From positions 376,774,001-376,838,000 of the forward strand of contig OZ024740.1 of NCBI GenBank assembly GCA_964016885.1: a stretch of 64,000 nt of DNA, read 5' to 3'. Every line of letters begins with the position of its first letter. Within the stretch, counting starts at the first letter, position 1. Below, piece by piece: positions 50,128-63,654 of this stretch. Made by a program: the position numbers and the translations under genes. The notes below the pieces were generated by a model, which saw only the letters and a list, made by a program, of their open reading frames with translations, was not told the origin of the DNA and searched no databases. Origin of the DNA: Eledone cirrhosa (Eukaryota).

Positions 50128-53100
50128 TAACTTTCTTTTTATTTGCCACCAGGGCATAAAAGAGTGGGACAAGTACAATGGCGGAGTTTACATAAAAAGG
50201 CGTCCTCACTAACGAGGAGGCAATAACAAAATATAAAAATATAAAATATAAAATATAACAAAAATAAATTGAAAAACAAAATCCTCAATAGGGGGGAGGC
50301 GCCTTGGGGGGTCGCACACACCCCCTAAAAAGTGTGCAACCCTTCTCTTCAGGAGTACAGAGAGAGGGTGATCCGATGATCTTTCATCTTTCTCACCTAC
50401 AGTGTGATGTAGAGTGAAGGCCCATTCACACAGGCCATTCTCCCCACTTTCACCCATCTTTCATAGAAGCGGCTTGGGTGCAGCACTTCTCTCTCCATCC
50501 TGATCCTTCTTCCGAAATGATATCGGAAGAAACGGACGAGTTATTGGCCAGAGAGAAAGGTGTCTGACCTCCGTCCTTTCAGACGCGTCCACCATAAAAC
50601 CTCTTTTGCCGTGGCTACTACGCAGAGAAATACCGCCTCTCCTTCGTTTTTGAAGAGGGGAGGCGGCTTGATCATCACAATAGACTCGGTGATCAACCGG
50701 ATCGGTCCCATCCTTGACAGCAGTTGTTCGACATAGCCCCACAGATCGGCAATGCCCGAGCAGTGTACCAATGCGTGTGCAATGGTTTCCTCGTCGCACA
50801 CGCATCTGGGACAGATCTTTTTCGAGGGGTCCTTACCTGGGCGCCCGTGTCTGTAGAGCCTTTCTCGAACGAGCAGAGCCCCTCGGTAGCACTGCCAGGC
50901 CAGGGACTTCTGGAAGTTATCCATGGGTCCTGGGCTGAATGTCCTACCGAACAGGTTGGCCAGTTCGTATTCCTCCATGCCTAGGGCTTCTCCGAGGGCG
51001 TCGTCGCACCTGCTAACCACCAGCCCTCTATAGAATGACGAGGTGGATTCTTCACTGACAGCCGGGTCCGCCTGCCAGAGAGCCGTGAGCGCCTGGGCAA
51101 CTCAGTGTGCCAGGCGCCCAGTTTTCTCGGTCTTTGCTTGACCCAGGATTGCAGCTCGGTGAGTGAGACGAGACTGGGAAAGGCTCGCCTCACAAACCGG
51201 TGAGGAATACCTGGAGGTGCCGTAGGTTTAATGCGTGTTTACGTATCATTAGCCACGGCATCCCCAGCCCTCGAAGGGTGTTGACAGCAGATGGATCTCC
51301 TCACCATAGAAGCTCGCTTCTTCCAAAGGAATTGGAAGAGTGCGCGCTCCATTTTGGAGAGCGTCTCCCTTGGGCAAGGCATAACGGTCAGGCGGTAGTG
51401 GATGACGGACGCTATATAAGTGTTCACCACCTCCGCCCGACCTTTCAGGGACAGTTTGAACTCGGCCCACTTCTGGGTCAGTGCAAACACCCTGTTCGTT
51501 ACCTCACCCCAGTTCTTCTCCACCTGGAGGTCTGGTCCGAACCAGACCCCGAGCAAGTTCACCGGGCCCTCCGTCCAGCGCACGACGACGCCATCGGAGG
51601 GCATTGATCTGCCCCTCCACGTGCCGAGTTGCAGACCGATCGACTTGTCTCGGTTCAGCTTAGCCCCTGTAAACCTTTCGTATTCCTCCAGTAAGGTGCC
51701 GATCTGCCCAATTTCCGAGGCCGCGAACACCATTACTGTTACGTCATCGGCGTAGGCCGACACCGCTTTCCGCAATCCCGGTTCCAACGGGATGCCCTGC
51801 AACAACTCCAACTTCCGCAGCAGTGGCTCTAGAGTCATTACATACAGGAGGGAGGAGAGAGGGCACCCTTTTCGGATGGACCGCGCGATTTCGAACGGCT
51901 CCGAGAGGTAGCCGTTCACCTTGACCCTAGAGCAGATGCGGCTGCTGTGCATGGCATTGATCCAGCCCCTGAAAACGGGTGCGAAGCCTGCAGCCGCTAG
52001 CACCGCATCCAGGTAACCATAGTCGACCCTATCGAACGGCTTAGATTGATCCAAATTGATCAGGGCCCCACCAAAGCCTGGTTTGTTCCCAACCCTCTCT
52101 ATGATGCATCGCATGAGGTGGTGGTTGTCGTGGATGGACCTGGATGGGATAGCACATGTCTGCGCATCTCCCACCAGGTTTCCCACGACAAGTGCCAAAC
52201 TCTTTGCCAGCACCTTGGCCAAAATCTGTAACTCTGTATTTAGCAGAGTCATGGGCCTTAAATTATTTATATCGTCCCCCTTGTTCTCGTCCTTCCTCAC
52301 TAGCATGACTATGCCCTTGGTCACAGCACAAGGGATTCTCCCGTTCTGTTGCCAGTTGCAGTAGACCGCCTCGAGGAGATCGGGGAACAAGTCCGGCATA
52401 GCTAGATATAGTTCGTATGGAAGACCATCGAGACCCGGAGATTTGGCTCAGCACGTCCTCTATCTCGGCGGCTGAAATCGGCTCCTCGCAGGACTTCGCC
52501 TCCCTGTCCGCGAGACGCGGCAGGCCGTCGAGGTATTGACCGATGTCCACTTCCCCAACCTGCTCCCCGCCCCTTCCGAACAATCTGGCAAAGTGCTTTT
52601 GGAACGCCTCGCACATCTGCTTAGGTTCAAGGATCACCCGTCCATCCTGGTCTGGCAAAGACCGGATAGTGGATCTACTCCCTCTTTTGGCTTCTGTCAC
52701 GCGGGCCCAGCTAACAGCTTTGGTCCCCTCGTTTCCCAGAGCAAGTATTTTGCTTCGGACGATGCAGCCTTCGTGTTTCGCGTCGAAGAACTGGCCCAGG
52801 GCCGTTCTCGACGCTAGCACTTTGGCCACGTCGCCGCTTCTAATTGCCTCTTCTACACTATCTACCAACTCCCTTTCCTTCCTATTTCTATTTGAGGCTA
52901 ACTCCTTACTAAATTCTATAGAGACTACTCTAATCTCTCTTTTGAGAGATCCCCACCACCTGCTGTTGACGATGGCGCCCGTCAACCGCTCCTTAACTAA
53001 AGTGATAATCCGGTCCCTGTAAGCCTTACTTGCCGGTAAGGACAAGTTGAGCTTCCAGTAACCGAGTCCCTGTCTATGCGTTCTGTCAAGGTTGACCATG

Positions 53101-53865
53101 CAGGTCACTAACTTGTGGTCTGAATAGCCAACCATGCGCATTTTTGGACAACTTAAAATGTCCGTATCCTTATTTCTAACTAAGAACCTATCTAGGTACG
53201 ATGTAGATGATCCGCGCGGTTTGCCCAAGTCCAGGTTGGCGCAGTCGGAAAATCTAGTCGATATCTATCGGCCAGGTCAAATCGACCGATTAACCCTTTG
53301 AGGCTATTACACCCCTCTCTATCGGGACAGGCCTCTACGTAGTCCCAACGTGCATCTTGGATACCATTCCAGTCCCCCACTAATAGCAAGGAGCAGGACG
53401 TCCCTAGAAAAGTCTCCAGACGATGGAAGAAGTCTGGCCGCATTGACCCGAAAGGGCTGTTGACGGCTACCAACCTAAACGCTCCGCCTTCACCACTGCC
53501 AAGGTCCAGAACCACTAGTCGACCCTCCGGGTCCAAATGTACCGTCTGTGTTGCGAGACCCAGATATTTTTGCAGCAGAACGACAACCCCACCCCCACCT
53601 CCGGGCTGACAGAGAGATGCGTGCATCTCAAAGTCATCAAAGGTGGGGGCCAGCTGTCGCACGTTGCTGATCCGGGCCTCGAAAATAACCATCACATCTA
53701 TACGTTGTGACCTGAGGTCATTTAGCAGAATTGCTTGCTTCCAAGTTGAGCCCAGGCCACGCGCATTTAGACAGCCTACTCTTAGCATAGCCATGTTGGT
53801 GGTGAAGAGAAAAGGCACTTACCTCTCTGCGTCACGGGTATCGGACTCTTCGTCTCCTGGGGACC
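50128..53865 (-). mobile_element. Tx1/L1-clade retrotransposon, copy 3 (5'-truncated at the ORF1 end, frameshifted ORF2)
   Basis: ORF2 pieces at 53192-53818, 52263-53228, 51239-52399 and 50541-51020 are closely similar to copy 1. The 3' end AAAGTTATC(TATC)n joins directly to the 5' end of copy 2. Confidence 0.92.
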
Positions 53866-53874
53866 GATAGATAA

Positions 53875-53951
<77 letters not shown>

Positions 53952-53955
53952 GAGA
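53866..53955. repeat. (GATA)n microsatellite at the 5' junction of Tx1 copy 3
   Basis: Read directly. Confidence 0.92.
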
Positions 53956-54954
53956 TATGTGTGTGTGTGTACTTACGGTAAACATGTTGACTAAACGAGG
54001 TTGCGTATCTAACGTACCAATTAATAAATAATGATGCAATTCTATTGGAGCGCTCAATATCATGTTTTTTCTTCCAAATATGATTTGTCGACCAGTGACG
54101 GAGTATATGTAGAATAAGGAAAATGAGAAGTCGATGTAGATGTTAAAAAGTACTTTATCAACAAAGCTGTGATACATATTTCAATGACGATTATGGCTAC
54201 GTGATGGTTCAATCACGTAACCGATCACGCGATGTCATTAGACAGCATCTTTATGGAATAAGTTTGCGTTTCCGAGAGAATCCAATCAAAAGACAATTCA
54301 ACGAAATCCGTTCCCTTGTAAACTTTAGTTCCACTCAACAGCTTTGCGCAGGCGTAAAAGTGGACTGGCTGACCATTTGTCAATCACCCACCCCCTGCCT
54401 GCAGCTAGGGCTACTAAAACAAGATTATCTCCCTCACCACAACCGGTAAGATACTACGGTCACAAAGTTCAATTCAGCCTAAGAGTTCCAGTTTACTGTT
54501 GGCTTTCCGTCCAGCAGGCGGCAGCACCAGCAAGTCAGAAATCATGTGGTGGTATGCATGCATGAACACGCATACTACCACTATTTTATAGTAGGATAAT
54601 GCATGTCAACACGTTGACTGTAAACGCTTTTACTGGTGAGTGAATTATTGTTTAACTCCCCATCAACATAAGTGATAGATAAATCAATGCTAAGCTCTAG
54701 AAATTAGAATGCAATCAAAGAACATCGCCAAGTAAAACCAGTTATATCAGTAGCTGACGGAATTATTTGCATTGAAGCCAAAAGAATTCTAGCGGAAACG
54801 AATCATGTACCTTCCTAAAAGATGGCAAACGGTAATTGCAAATGATGGCAATTATTTTGACTCGTAAAATTATCGTAATGTGAAAAAAGCTTTCTGACAA
54901 ACCTAATGTATATGCATATATATATGTGTGTGTATGTGTGCATACATGTCTGTA

Positions 54955-55096
<142 letters not shown>

Positions 55097-55736
55097 ATAA
55101 CGTTCTTTTTTAGAAGTTCCTTTTTACAAAGGCCTATTCGTCAATTATTTTAGTGCGCTTAGTGAATGTAGATGTTCGAGCAAATAAAAATCTTATATCA
55201 TAATCTATAAAACTCAGTGTGTGGTCATGCTCCTTTCTTATAGAAATCTACGATATAGAATTTCTTTAATTGAAATTTACAATTCAGTATTCGAAATAGT
55301 TTCGATTGCGTCTTGGCACATCTCATTTTTTGAATTTCACCCACAATTACGCAAAAAATAGATAAAACTCAATATTTTACGATTTTTCTCTGTCATTTAA
55401 ACTGCTAAACTCTTTCCACTACCATTCAAAATCTATACAACTTCATACTTTCTGCTACTTTCTCTTTCCAAGCTTGATGGTGATACTGTCCGTTTTACTC
55501 TCTCATATCATCTGCTTACCTATATCTACAACCCACACATTTTGCTACTTTCTCTTTTATACTTCAAATTATTACATTTCATACGAAACGACAATTATTC
55601 AAAAGCAACAGATACATTTATTCAACAACAAGCGATACATCTTTTTTAAAACCTCTTTTCCAAACGCATACAAACACACACTCACTTCAACAACAACAAC
55701 AACAATCTGCCTTTTATAGATAATGATAAACAATAA

Positions 55737-56198
55737 TATCCTCTATGAGGTCACTAAACCTGCTAGAAACAGCAGCTAACTCTCCCCCATACCACACCCA
55801 TCCCTACTGTCTTAGATTTAGAAAACATATCTTCTATGAGGTCACTAAACCTGCTAGAAACAGCAGCTAACTCTCTCCCATATCACACCACTCCCTACTG
55901 TCTTAAATTTAGAAAACACATATCCTCTATGAGGTTACTAAACCTGCTAGAAACAGCAGCTAACTCTCCCCCATATCCCACCCATCCCTACTGTCTTAAA
56001 TTTAGAAAACATATCTTCTATGAGGTCACTAAACCTGCTAGAAACAGCAGCTAACTCTCCTCCATATCACACCACTCCCTACTGTCTTAAATTTAGAAAA
56101 CACATATCCTCTATGAGGTCACTAAACCTGCTAGAAACAACAGCTAACTCTCCCTCATATCACAACCCTCCCTACTATCTTAAATTTAGAAAACATAC
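55737..56198. repeat. Minisatellite: 5 units alternating 91/93 bp (184-bp dimeric higher-order repeat)
   Basis: atgagg(t/c) anchors at 55745, 55836, 55929, 56020 and 56113. Confidence 0.9.
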
Positions 56199-56454
56199 AG
56201 ACAACCATGCAGAACAACTCCATCGCAGCTCTGTTGTTCGGCTGGCATCGTCTACGCGCGTGTTGCGCAAGTACTGTGAAACAATAAATGTCAACACTTT
56301 TTTGCACAGAGATAATATCCATAGGCGAAACTACAATTGTCACTGCTGGCGCAGCTCCTGCTTCCAGGTCTGCAATTCATTCACCCGGTGCCTGGCAGAC
56401 AAAAACGTGCTGCTATAAAATGGGTGGTGCAACCTAACTTTGGTAACTTAATGA

Positions 56455-56484
56455 CCCCGAGCAACGCCGGGCTTTAATGCTAGT
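56455..56484 (+). mobile_element. Helitron 3' terminus (hairpin + CTAG/T)
   Basis: cccg-agcaacgc-cggg hairpin, 8-nt spacer, then CTAG followed by T. Confidence 0.65.
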
Positions 56485-56727
56485 ATATATATAAAAACAA
56501 ATCCATATTAAAAATTGATTTTTTTTAATGTTACAATGCTCTTTTCTTCATTTTCTTTCTCTCTGTATCTGTCCGTTTAGGACTAACGTCTATACGGACA
56601 CAATTAATTTGCACCTCTAATACCTATATATAGGTAGGCGGTATGCCAAGATGAGCTCTTGGAGAGCAGAGTATCAATAATAATGAGAACAAAGAATCAG
56701 TGTTGCATCATATACATATTTAATTAC

Positions 56728-56814
56728 ATATTACATATGTTTCACCCCCGAACTGCTCGAGGAACGATCGATTAATGGTCGATCCCTACTCTGGAATCGG
56801 AAGCTCCTCAGATG
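56728..56814 (-). ncRNA. Type I hammerhead ribozyme (family E)
   Basis: at-CTGAGGA-gcttccga...tcgggggt-GAAA-catatg-TA-at. Stem III palindrome ACATATGT; stem I is short. Confidence 0.65.
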
Positions 56815-57010
56815 TGTGTTACCATATAGACTGGCGAGTCTACATGTGAACACATATCTATCCCCTTCAGCTGACACCGTTGCACCTTATAATCCCGACA
56901 TCGCATTTAGTGCTGAGCGCTGTCAACACCAGCGTTCATTGCAAAGTAACCAACGAATAAACACACACATACATACACACACATACACACATACACGCAC
57001 ACACACGCAC

Positions 57011-57041
<31 letters not shown>

Positions 57042-57665
57042 TATGTATACATATTTCGTAGTGCTGTTGGTTATAATTGGAGTAGATAGGTGCATAGATG
57101 GGGGACCATTAAACCAATCCAGGCTAAGTTCCCCATGACAGTGCTGTGACGATTGCGTACATGCGAACTTCTCTTTGCTGATGACTCAGTTCTAGTGTGC
57201 CACTGCCTGGAGGATATCCAGAGAATTGTATATAATTTTAAGTGACGCACCATCTCAATTAATGAATTATGAAGCTCCGACTATCTTGGTTACAAACCAA
57301 ACTTGTGTGTATGTATGTATGGAAAGTAACAACATTTCACAATAAATTTATCCACCAAAAAATGAAAATTGAAATTTCATCAGTATTTACAAATGTGTCA
57401 AACTTTAGCAAGCTAGAATAAATTGATAGGTCAGAAATGTATAACATATTGGCTAAAATATATTTGAAATATTGAAGAAGTTGTAAGTATTGTAGACAAT
57501 TTTCTCTGCTATCAAATCACTAATAAATCCTATTAGTACTACGGTTACACTGGACGGAAACATTTGGCGTTGATTGAAATGTTAAGCGCAAATACACACA
57601 GACACATATGTATAGCAACCTAGTCACATAGGCAGTCACGTGCATATATACGTACACACGCACAT

Positions 57666-57677
<12 letters not shown>

Positions 57678-57716
<39 letters not shown>

Positions 57717-57820
57717 TAATATATGATTATATATTTATGATTATATAAATATATATATTATATGTGTACATAAATTATATATATATATATATATCATATA
57801 TATATATATATATATATATC

Positions 57821-57911
<91 letters not shown>

Positions 57912-57915
57912 TATA
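57678..57915. repeat. (TA)n-rich microsatellite
   Basis: Read directly. Confidence 0.9.
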
Positions 57916-58066
57916 CTTAAATACTTAGGTTAATAGGAGTTAGGTATTGTATACCCGTGTCCCATTAAGGTATTGGTAGCATAATAATTAGCTCTATGCT
58001 TTGGAGCAGAGCCGTATATATGAAAAAGAACACAAGAGTGTCTACAACATCAAAAGATTTTTATTG

Positions 58067-58111
58067 GCTTACAATGTTTCTTCCTTACGTAACCGTAGGG
58101 TTCGTCAGAGC
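58067..58111 (-). ncRNA. Minimal type I hammerhead in the inverted pLTR arm (family F)
   Basis: Reverse complement of 63610-63654. Confidence 0.72.
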
Positions 58112-59155
58112 TATAAAAGGGGTTTGATTGGTGTTATGGACTCTACCAACCAAACATTCAAGAACAAAGAGTAAAGAGAGTAAAGAGCAAAAGTAGGGGA
58201 CGATAAGTCTAATTTTGGTGCGGGAGGGTGGGGTGTGGGTCCTTGTTTACTAGCTACGATCATATTCATTCCCGTGAGTCGAGTGGTTAGCTGAACCATA
58301 GATGGGGTGGCGTCGATAGTATGGTGCAGAGGGTGCGCAGAGGCTACACAAACACAAAGGGCGTACAATATATATATATATATATATAGCGGAGGAGAAA
58401 GTACATGAGGTAATTAGAAATGGAAAAAGAGTAATAATAATAATCTATAATTAATAGTGTATAATAAGGCATGGGGAAGATTACACTATAATAACGTATA
58501 AAAGTAAGAATAAGGTAAAATATAAAGGAGGATAAGAGTGGAAATAATAAAGATAAAAAAATAAAGATAAACAAATATATAGAGAATATATAAAGAAATA
58601 TAAGCGAATATTTGGAGGGGAAAACACAATGTTAAAAAAACCGATTTTTTCAAATAATAATAAAAATATAATAATTATGGGGGGAGAAAACGGGATAGAG
58701 AAATATGATCAAGTGTGATTAGTTGAGAGAATATAAGATGATAATAGTTATGTCAAGTTTATACATCTTAATAATAAATAATCTGTGTATCAGAGTTGCA
58801 GAACCTTCAATTCACTTACGGGTTCAAGCCACGTGGCATGGTCCATTGTTTATTTGTGCGGTCATGTGCGTTTGTTTTTGACACCACAGCAGATGCACAA
58901 GTTCGTAAATTCCAATGCAGATAGAAATCTATTTTTGCTCACCCGGACATTGACGGAGGATCCAATATTCCTAGTTCAATATGTGTTTGGTGTTATTTTG
59001 TTCGCACAAATCAATCACTTGGTTCAATATATGGAGTATGGTTTTCTGGTCTTCGTAACAGTGTCAGTGGTTGTATATCTGGAAATCACAAGGATCACAG
59101 TACTCCGGTTTGGTGTGATTATCGGTCATTCAGCTATGTTGTTGGTGGTTGGATT

Positions 59156-61165
59156 CCATATACCCCTAGGCAACCCAGGTTCACCCTTAAAGACCATAAG
59201 GCTGACTTCATTAGTAAGCCCTCTGTTAGATTAATTAACCCATCGAAGTCAGATATAGGAATTATCAGTAAGAACATTTTAGACGGCGTTATACCCACCA
59301 TCAGGAGGAAAATATATCTAGAGCTATGGGAGAATACGGAAGAGGTTTTGAAATGGTTCTCAAGCCTTAGCAACCATAAATCCCTTAAATTTATACAATT
59401 CGACATCGATGCGTACTACACCTCAATCTACCCCATACTCCTTAATAAGGCCCTAATCATGGCCATGCAGAAAAGTGACCTCACTAGGTCTCAAATTGGT
59501 GTCATTCTTGCGGCCCGGAAAACGATAATCACATTTGAGGATGAATTGTGGACCCGCAAGAATACGCCCAGTAACTTCGACATCACAATGGGATCTAGTG
59601 ACTCTGCACAAGTAACGGACCTGGTAGGATTGTACCTCTTAAAGGAGTTACATGAGACATTACCACACTTGAAGGGCGGCTTATACCGTGATGACGCCCT
59701 CCTCACTCTCGAGTATAAAAAGTGCAATATAGAAAGAACTAGGAAACAATTACGTAGGTTCTTTAAAAACTTTAATCTAAGTATTACCATAGATGCAAAT
59801 GATAAAACAGTAAACTTCCTAGACGCCACCCTTGACCTAGAAAGTAAAACATTTGCACCCTACCATAAACCTAACGATAGACTAACATATGTAAACGCCA
59901 GCTCTAACCACCCCAAATCAGTCCTAAACGCTATTCCCAAGGAGGTCTCTAAAAGAATTAGCAGACTGTCCTGTAATGAGAGTATCTTCAACTCCAATGC
60001 AGAGTATTATGGCAAGGCCCTAGCAGAATCTGGTTACGGGAGTAGATTATCATATATACATAAGGACTCTCAAACCATGAGTGTGAAACCTACCAACATA
60101 ATCACACATAGTATGGCCACAAAGCCTAACCTACTTAGAGGCAAGAATAATAGTAAGAACCCTAATGGCGGTAACCTAGCTAAATGTAAACCACGTAAAG
60201 ACAATACTAGAGTCCCCCTCCACAACTCTAAAACAGTAAATGATCACGCCATGAATATAAACCATCCGGGCTTAAACAAAACAGACAACGCCACTAACGT
60301 TAATAACGGAACCCTACAAAATAGTACGCACAGTAGCGAGACTCACCCAACAGATAAGAAAAATAGAAGAAGGAAAAACATGTATTTTAACCCACCTTTT
60401 AACTCTGAGGTCCTCATTAACCTCCCGAGAGTATTCTTCTCATTATTGGAAAAAACTGCCCACCAGGCAATAGATATCGCAACATAATTAACAAAAACGT
60501 AATTAAATTATCCTATTCGACCACACCTAACCTCGCATCACACCTAGCACGCACGAACATTAGAAAAACTAAGGAAGGCTTCGAAGCAATTAAAATGGCA
60601 GTTAACCACCAGCAACCGACTACACTGGAAAATGGGCAACATAATAGCATCAATGAGCCATCTAATGATATAGAGGCACCTAGTGATAATGCTAGTAACC
60701 AAACTTCGGGAGGTAAGCTAACTAATCGAACCCGCAGTTGCAATTGTAGGCGAAGTAGTAACTGTCCCCTAAAGGGGGATTGCCTCATGAAAAACATAGT
60801 ATATGCATGTGACGTAACCACACACAACTCTACCAAAACATATAGGAGCAACGTCCAATACATTTAAAACTAGATTTAACGCGCATATGTACACATTTAG
60901 TCACGACAGACATAAGAATGCCACCTCACTGGCGGGATACATCTCCTTCTTAAAAAATAATAGTACACCATACAAACTTTTTTGGAGGAAGCTTACTAGA
61001 TCCACGCCATACCGACCGCAGAGCGGAAGTTGTGACCTGTGTTTACTGGAATGCCATGCCATAATACACTCTAAACTGAACCTGCTTAACAGGAAATCGG
61101 AAATTTTCTCCCCTTGCCAACACAAAATCCTGAGTTCCTTCTTCTATTTTAAACCTAGCACATAG
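59156..61165 (+). pseudogene. Penelope RT + GIY-YIG endonuclease ORF, 5'-truncated, two frameshifts
   Basis: TLKDHK..RLINPSKS, FDIDAYY, TMGSSDSAQ, GLYRDDAL, FLDATLDL, CNCRRSSNCPLKGDC, IVY..TY(I)G..FKTRFNAH, CDLCLLE..LLN..CQH. Frameshifts at about 60452 (A-run) and 60842 (TA loss in YIG). Confidence 0.88.
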
Positions 61166-63084
61166 ACATAACATATATCACGCAACCCCCACCTAGACTA
61201 TAGCTTCCCCCCCTTTCCCCCCAACCCGTAACCCAGATAGATAGGTACCCTAAGGGTGGTACAGTCCCCTACAAGGTAGGTGTTTTTGCGTGTGTGTGTG
61301 TGTGTGTATTCTCCTTTTATCTCTCATACGCACACACAAGCAGACATATGTGTGGGTGTGCGTGCGTGTGTGCATGCATGCACGCATGTGTGCGTGCATT
61401 GTATGCATGTATATTGTATGTATATATATATATGTATATTGTATGCATGCGTATTATATTGTGTGTATGTGTATATGTGACATGTATGTGAATATATGTA
61501 TGTATGCGTATGAGTGTGTATGTGTAAGTGTATGAGTGTGTAGGTATGTGTATATGTATGTATACTTTTCTGTAGAAATTCTCTCTATATGTGGTGTGTG
61601 GCACGAATTCCTCCTATAATACACTTCTCTGAGAGGAGCACGATATGCAGAGTAACACATATGTATTGTCGAAGTTGAAACTGAGAACCACCACCCCTCC
61701 TGCTGACCCAAATGTTTACTGAGGACCAGAACACCATTCTCCGCAATATAAGAGCGAAATGCGCTTGCCGGACTATTGATGACCATAACATCACATTCCA
61801 AGGTAATGGCAAAACACAGTGAATGCTATGCACGACCAGAACACCACAGCATGCATATCCGAGCAACACAGATATAATATCAATAGGGGAATCAACTGAA
61901 TTTTTTGAGTTGAAATACATATGGATATGTGTCTGTGTGTATCGGACACACGTACACATAAAGAAGCTGTTGACCTAAATATACCTGTCATGCCTGTCTG
62001 AATTCCTAAGGGAATTGTCGGCCAGTTGCTGTCTTGACCGATTGTAGTACCAGTGCGTGAATCATTTCAGTTTTTTTAGTTGAAATACATATAAATATGT
62101 GTCTGTGTGTGTCGGACACACGTACACATAAAGAAGCTGCCGACCTAAATGTGCCTGTCATGCCTGCTTGAATTTTCGGTCAGTTGCTGACTTGACCGAT
62201 TAACCCCATAATTACTACGTAGCGGTTCTTGCACGTGACTGCTGGACCCGGATGAAACGAAGACGTTTTGTACCACAGATGCGATCTCACCCTGCCTCGT
62301 TAATGTCCTATCGACACCAAAGTTCAACGTTCGGGCGAATAGATTTGAATCCAACCACCAACAACATAGCTGAATGACCGATAATCACACCAAACCGGAG
62401 TACTGTGATCCTTGTGATTTCCAGATATACAACCACTGACACTGTTACGAAGACCAGAAAACCATACTCCATATATTGAACCAAGTGATTGATTTGTGCG
62501 AACAAAATAACACCAAACACATATTGAACTAGGAATATTGGATCCTCCGTCAATGTCCGGGTGAGCAAAAGTAGAGTTCTATCCGCATTGGAATTTACGA
62601 ACTTGTGCATCTGATGTGGTGTCAAAAACAAATGCACATGACCGCACAAATAAACAATGGACCATGCCACGTGGCTTGAACCCGTAAGTGAATTGAAGGT
62701 TCTGCAACTCTGATACACAGAATATTTATTATTAAGATGTATAAACTTGACATAACTATTATCATCTTATATTCTCTCAACTAATCACACTTGATCATAT
62801 TTCTCTATCCCGTTTTCTCCCCCCATAATTATTATATTTTTATTATTATTTGAAAAAATCGGTTTTATTTACATTGTGTTTTCCCCTCCAAATATTCGCT
62901 TATATTTCTTTATATATTCTCTATATATTTGTTTATCTTTATTTTATTATTTTTTTTATTTTTTATCTTTTTTATTTCCACTCTTATCCTCCTTTACATT
63001 TTACCTTATTCTTACTTTTATACCTTATTATAGTGTAATCTTCCCCATGCCTTATTATACACTATTAATTATAGATTATTATTA

Positions 63085-63270
63085 CAGGGGTGGATTGGCA
63101 GTATCGGTAGAGGGACGGACGCCATGCTTTGACGCATAGTGACGTCCCTTTACGATCTGAGTTCAAATCCCGCCGAGGTTGACTTTGCCTTTCATCCTTA
63201 CGGGGTCGATAAAATAAAGTACCAGTAATGCACTGGGTAATTGCTGGCCTTCTGCCTAAAGTAGAAACAA
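63085..63270 (+). mobile_element. Full-length tRNA-derived SINE with about 20-bp TSD, inserted in the right pLTR arm
   Basis: A-box TGGCAGTATCGGT and B-box GAGTTCAAATCC. ttaattatagattattatta is duplicated on both sides, and the left arm has the empty site at about 58433-58455. Confidence 0.9.
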
Positions 63271-63609
63271 TTAATTATAGATTATTATTATTACTCTTTT
63301 TCCATTTCTAATTACCTCATGTACTTTCTCCTCCGCTATATATATATATATATTGTACGCCCTTTGTGTTTGTGTAGCCTCTGCGCACCCTCTGCACCAT
63401 ACTATCGACGCCACCCCATCTATGGTTCAGCTAACCACCCGACTCCCGGGAATGAATATGACCGCAGCTAGTAAACAATGACCCACACCCCACCCTCCCG
63501 CACCAAAATTAGACTTATCGTCCCCTACTTTTGCTCTTTACTCTCTTTACTCTTTGTTCTTGAATGTTTGGTTGGTAGAGTCCATAACACCAATCAAACC
63601 CCTTTTATA

Positions 63610-63654
63610 GCTCTGACGAACCCTACGGTTACGTAAGGAAGAAACATTGTAAGC
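63610..63654 (+). ncRNA. Minimal type I hammerhead in the PLE pLTR (family F)
   Basis: gct-CTGACGA-accctacg gtta cgtaaggaa-GAAA-cattg-TA-agc, followed by AATAAA; same strand as the RT ORF. Confidence 0.75.

Noticed and set aside
55737-56198. Regular repeats as a CRISPR array
   Set aside because: There are no unique spacers; the units are whole tandem copies in a eukaryotic context.
58785-59234. 149-aa hydrophobic ORF (and its inverted copy 62308-62718)
   Set aside because: It is antisense to the PLE non-coding arm, lacks an ATG start and shows no recognisable homology.
59156-61165. Selenocysteine (TGA) recoding as reported for some Naiad PLEs
   Set aside because: The interruptions are frameshifts, not in-frame TGA codons, and the Cys motifs use ordinary Cys codons.
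63085-63180. tRNA gene
   Set aside because: It has A/B boxes only, as a SINE head with multiple dispersed copies and a TSD; no cloverleaf is evident.
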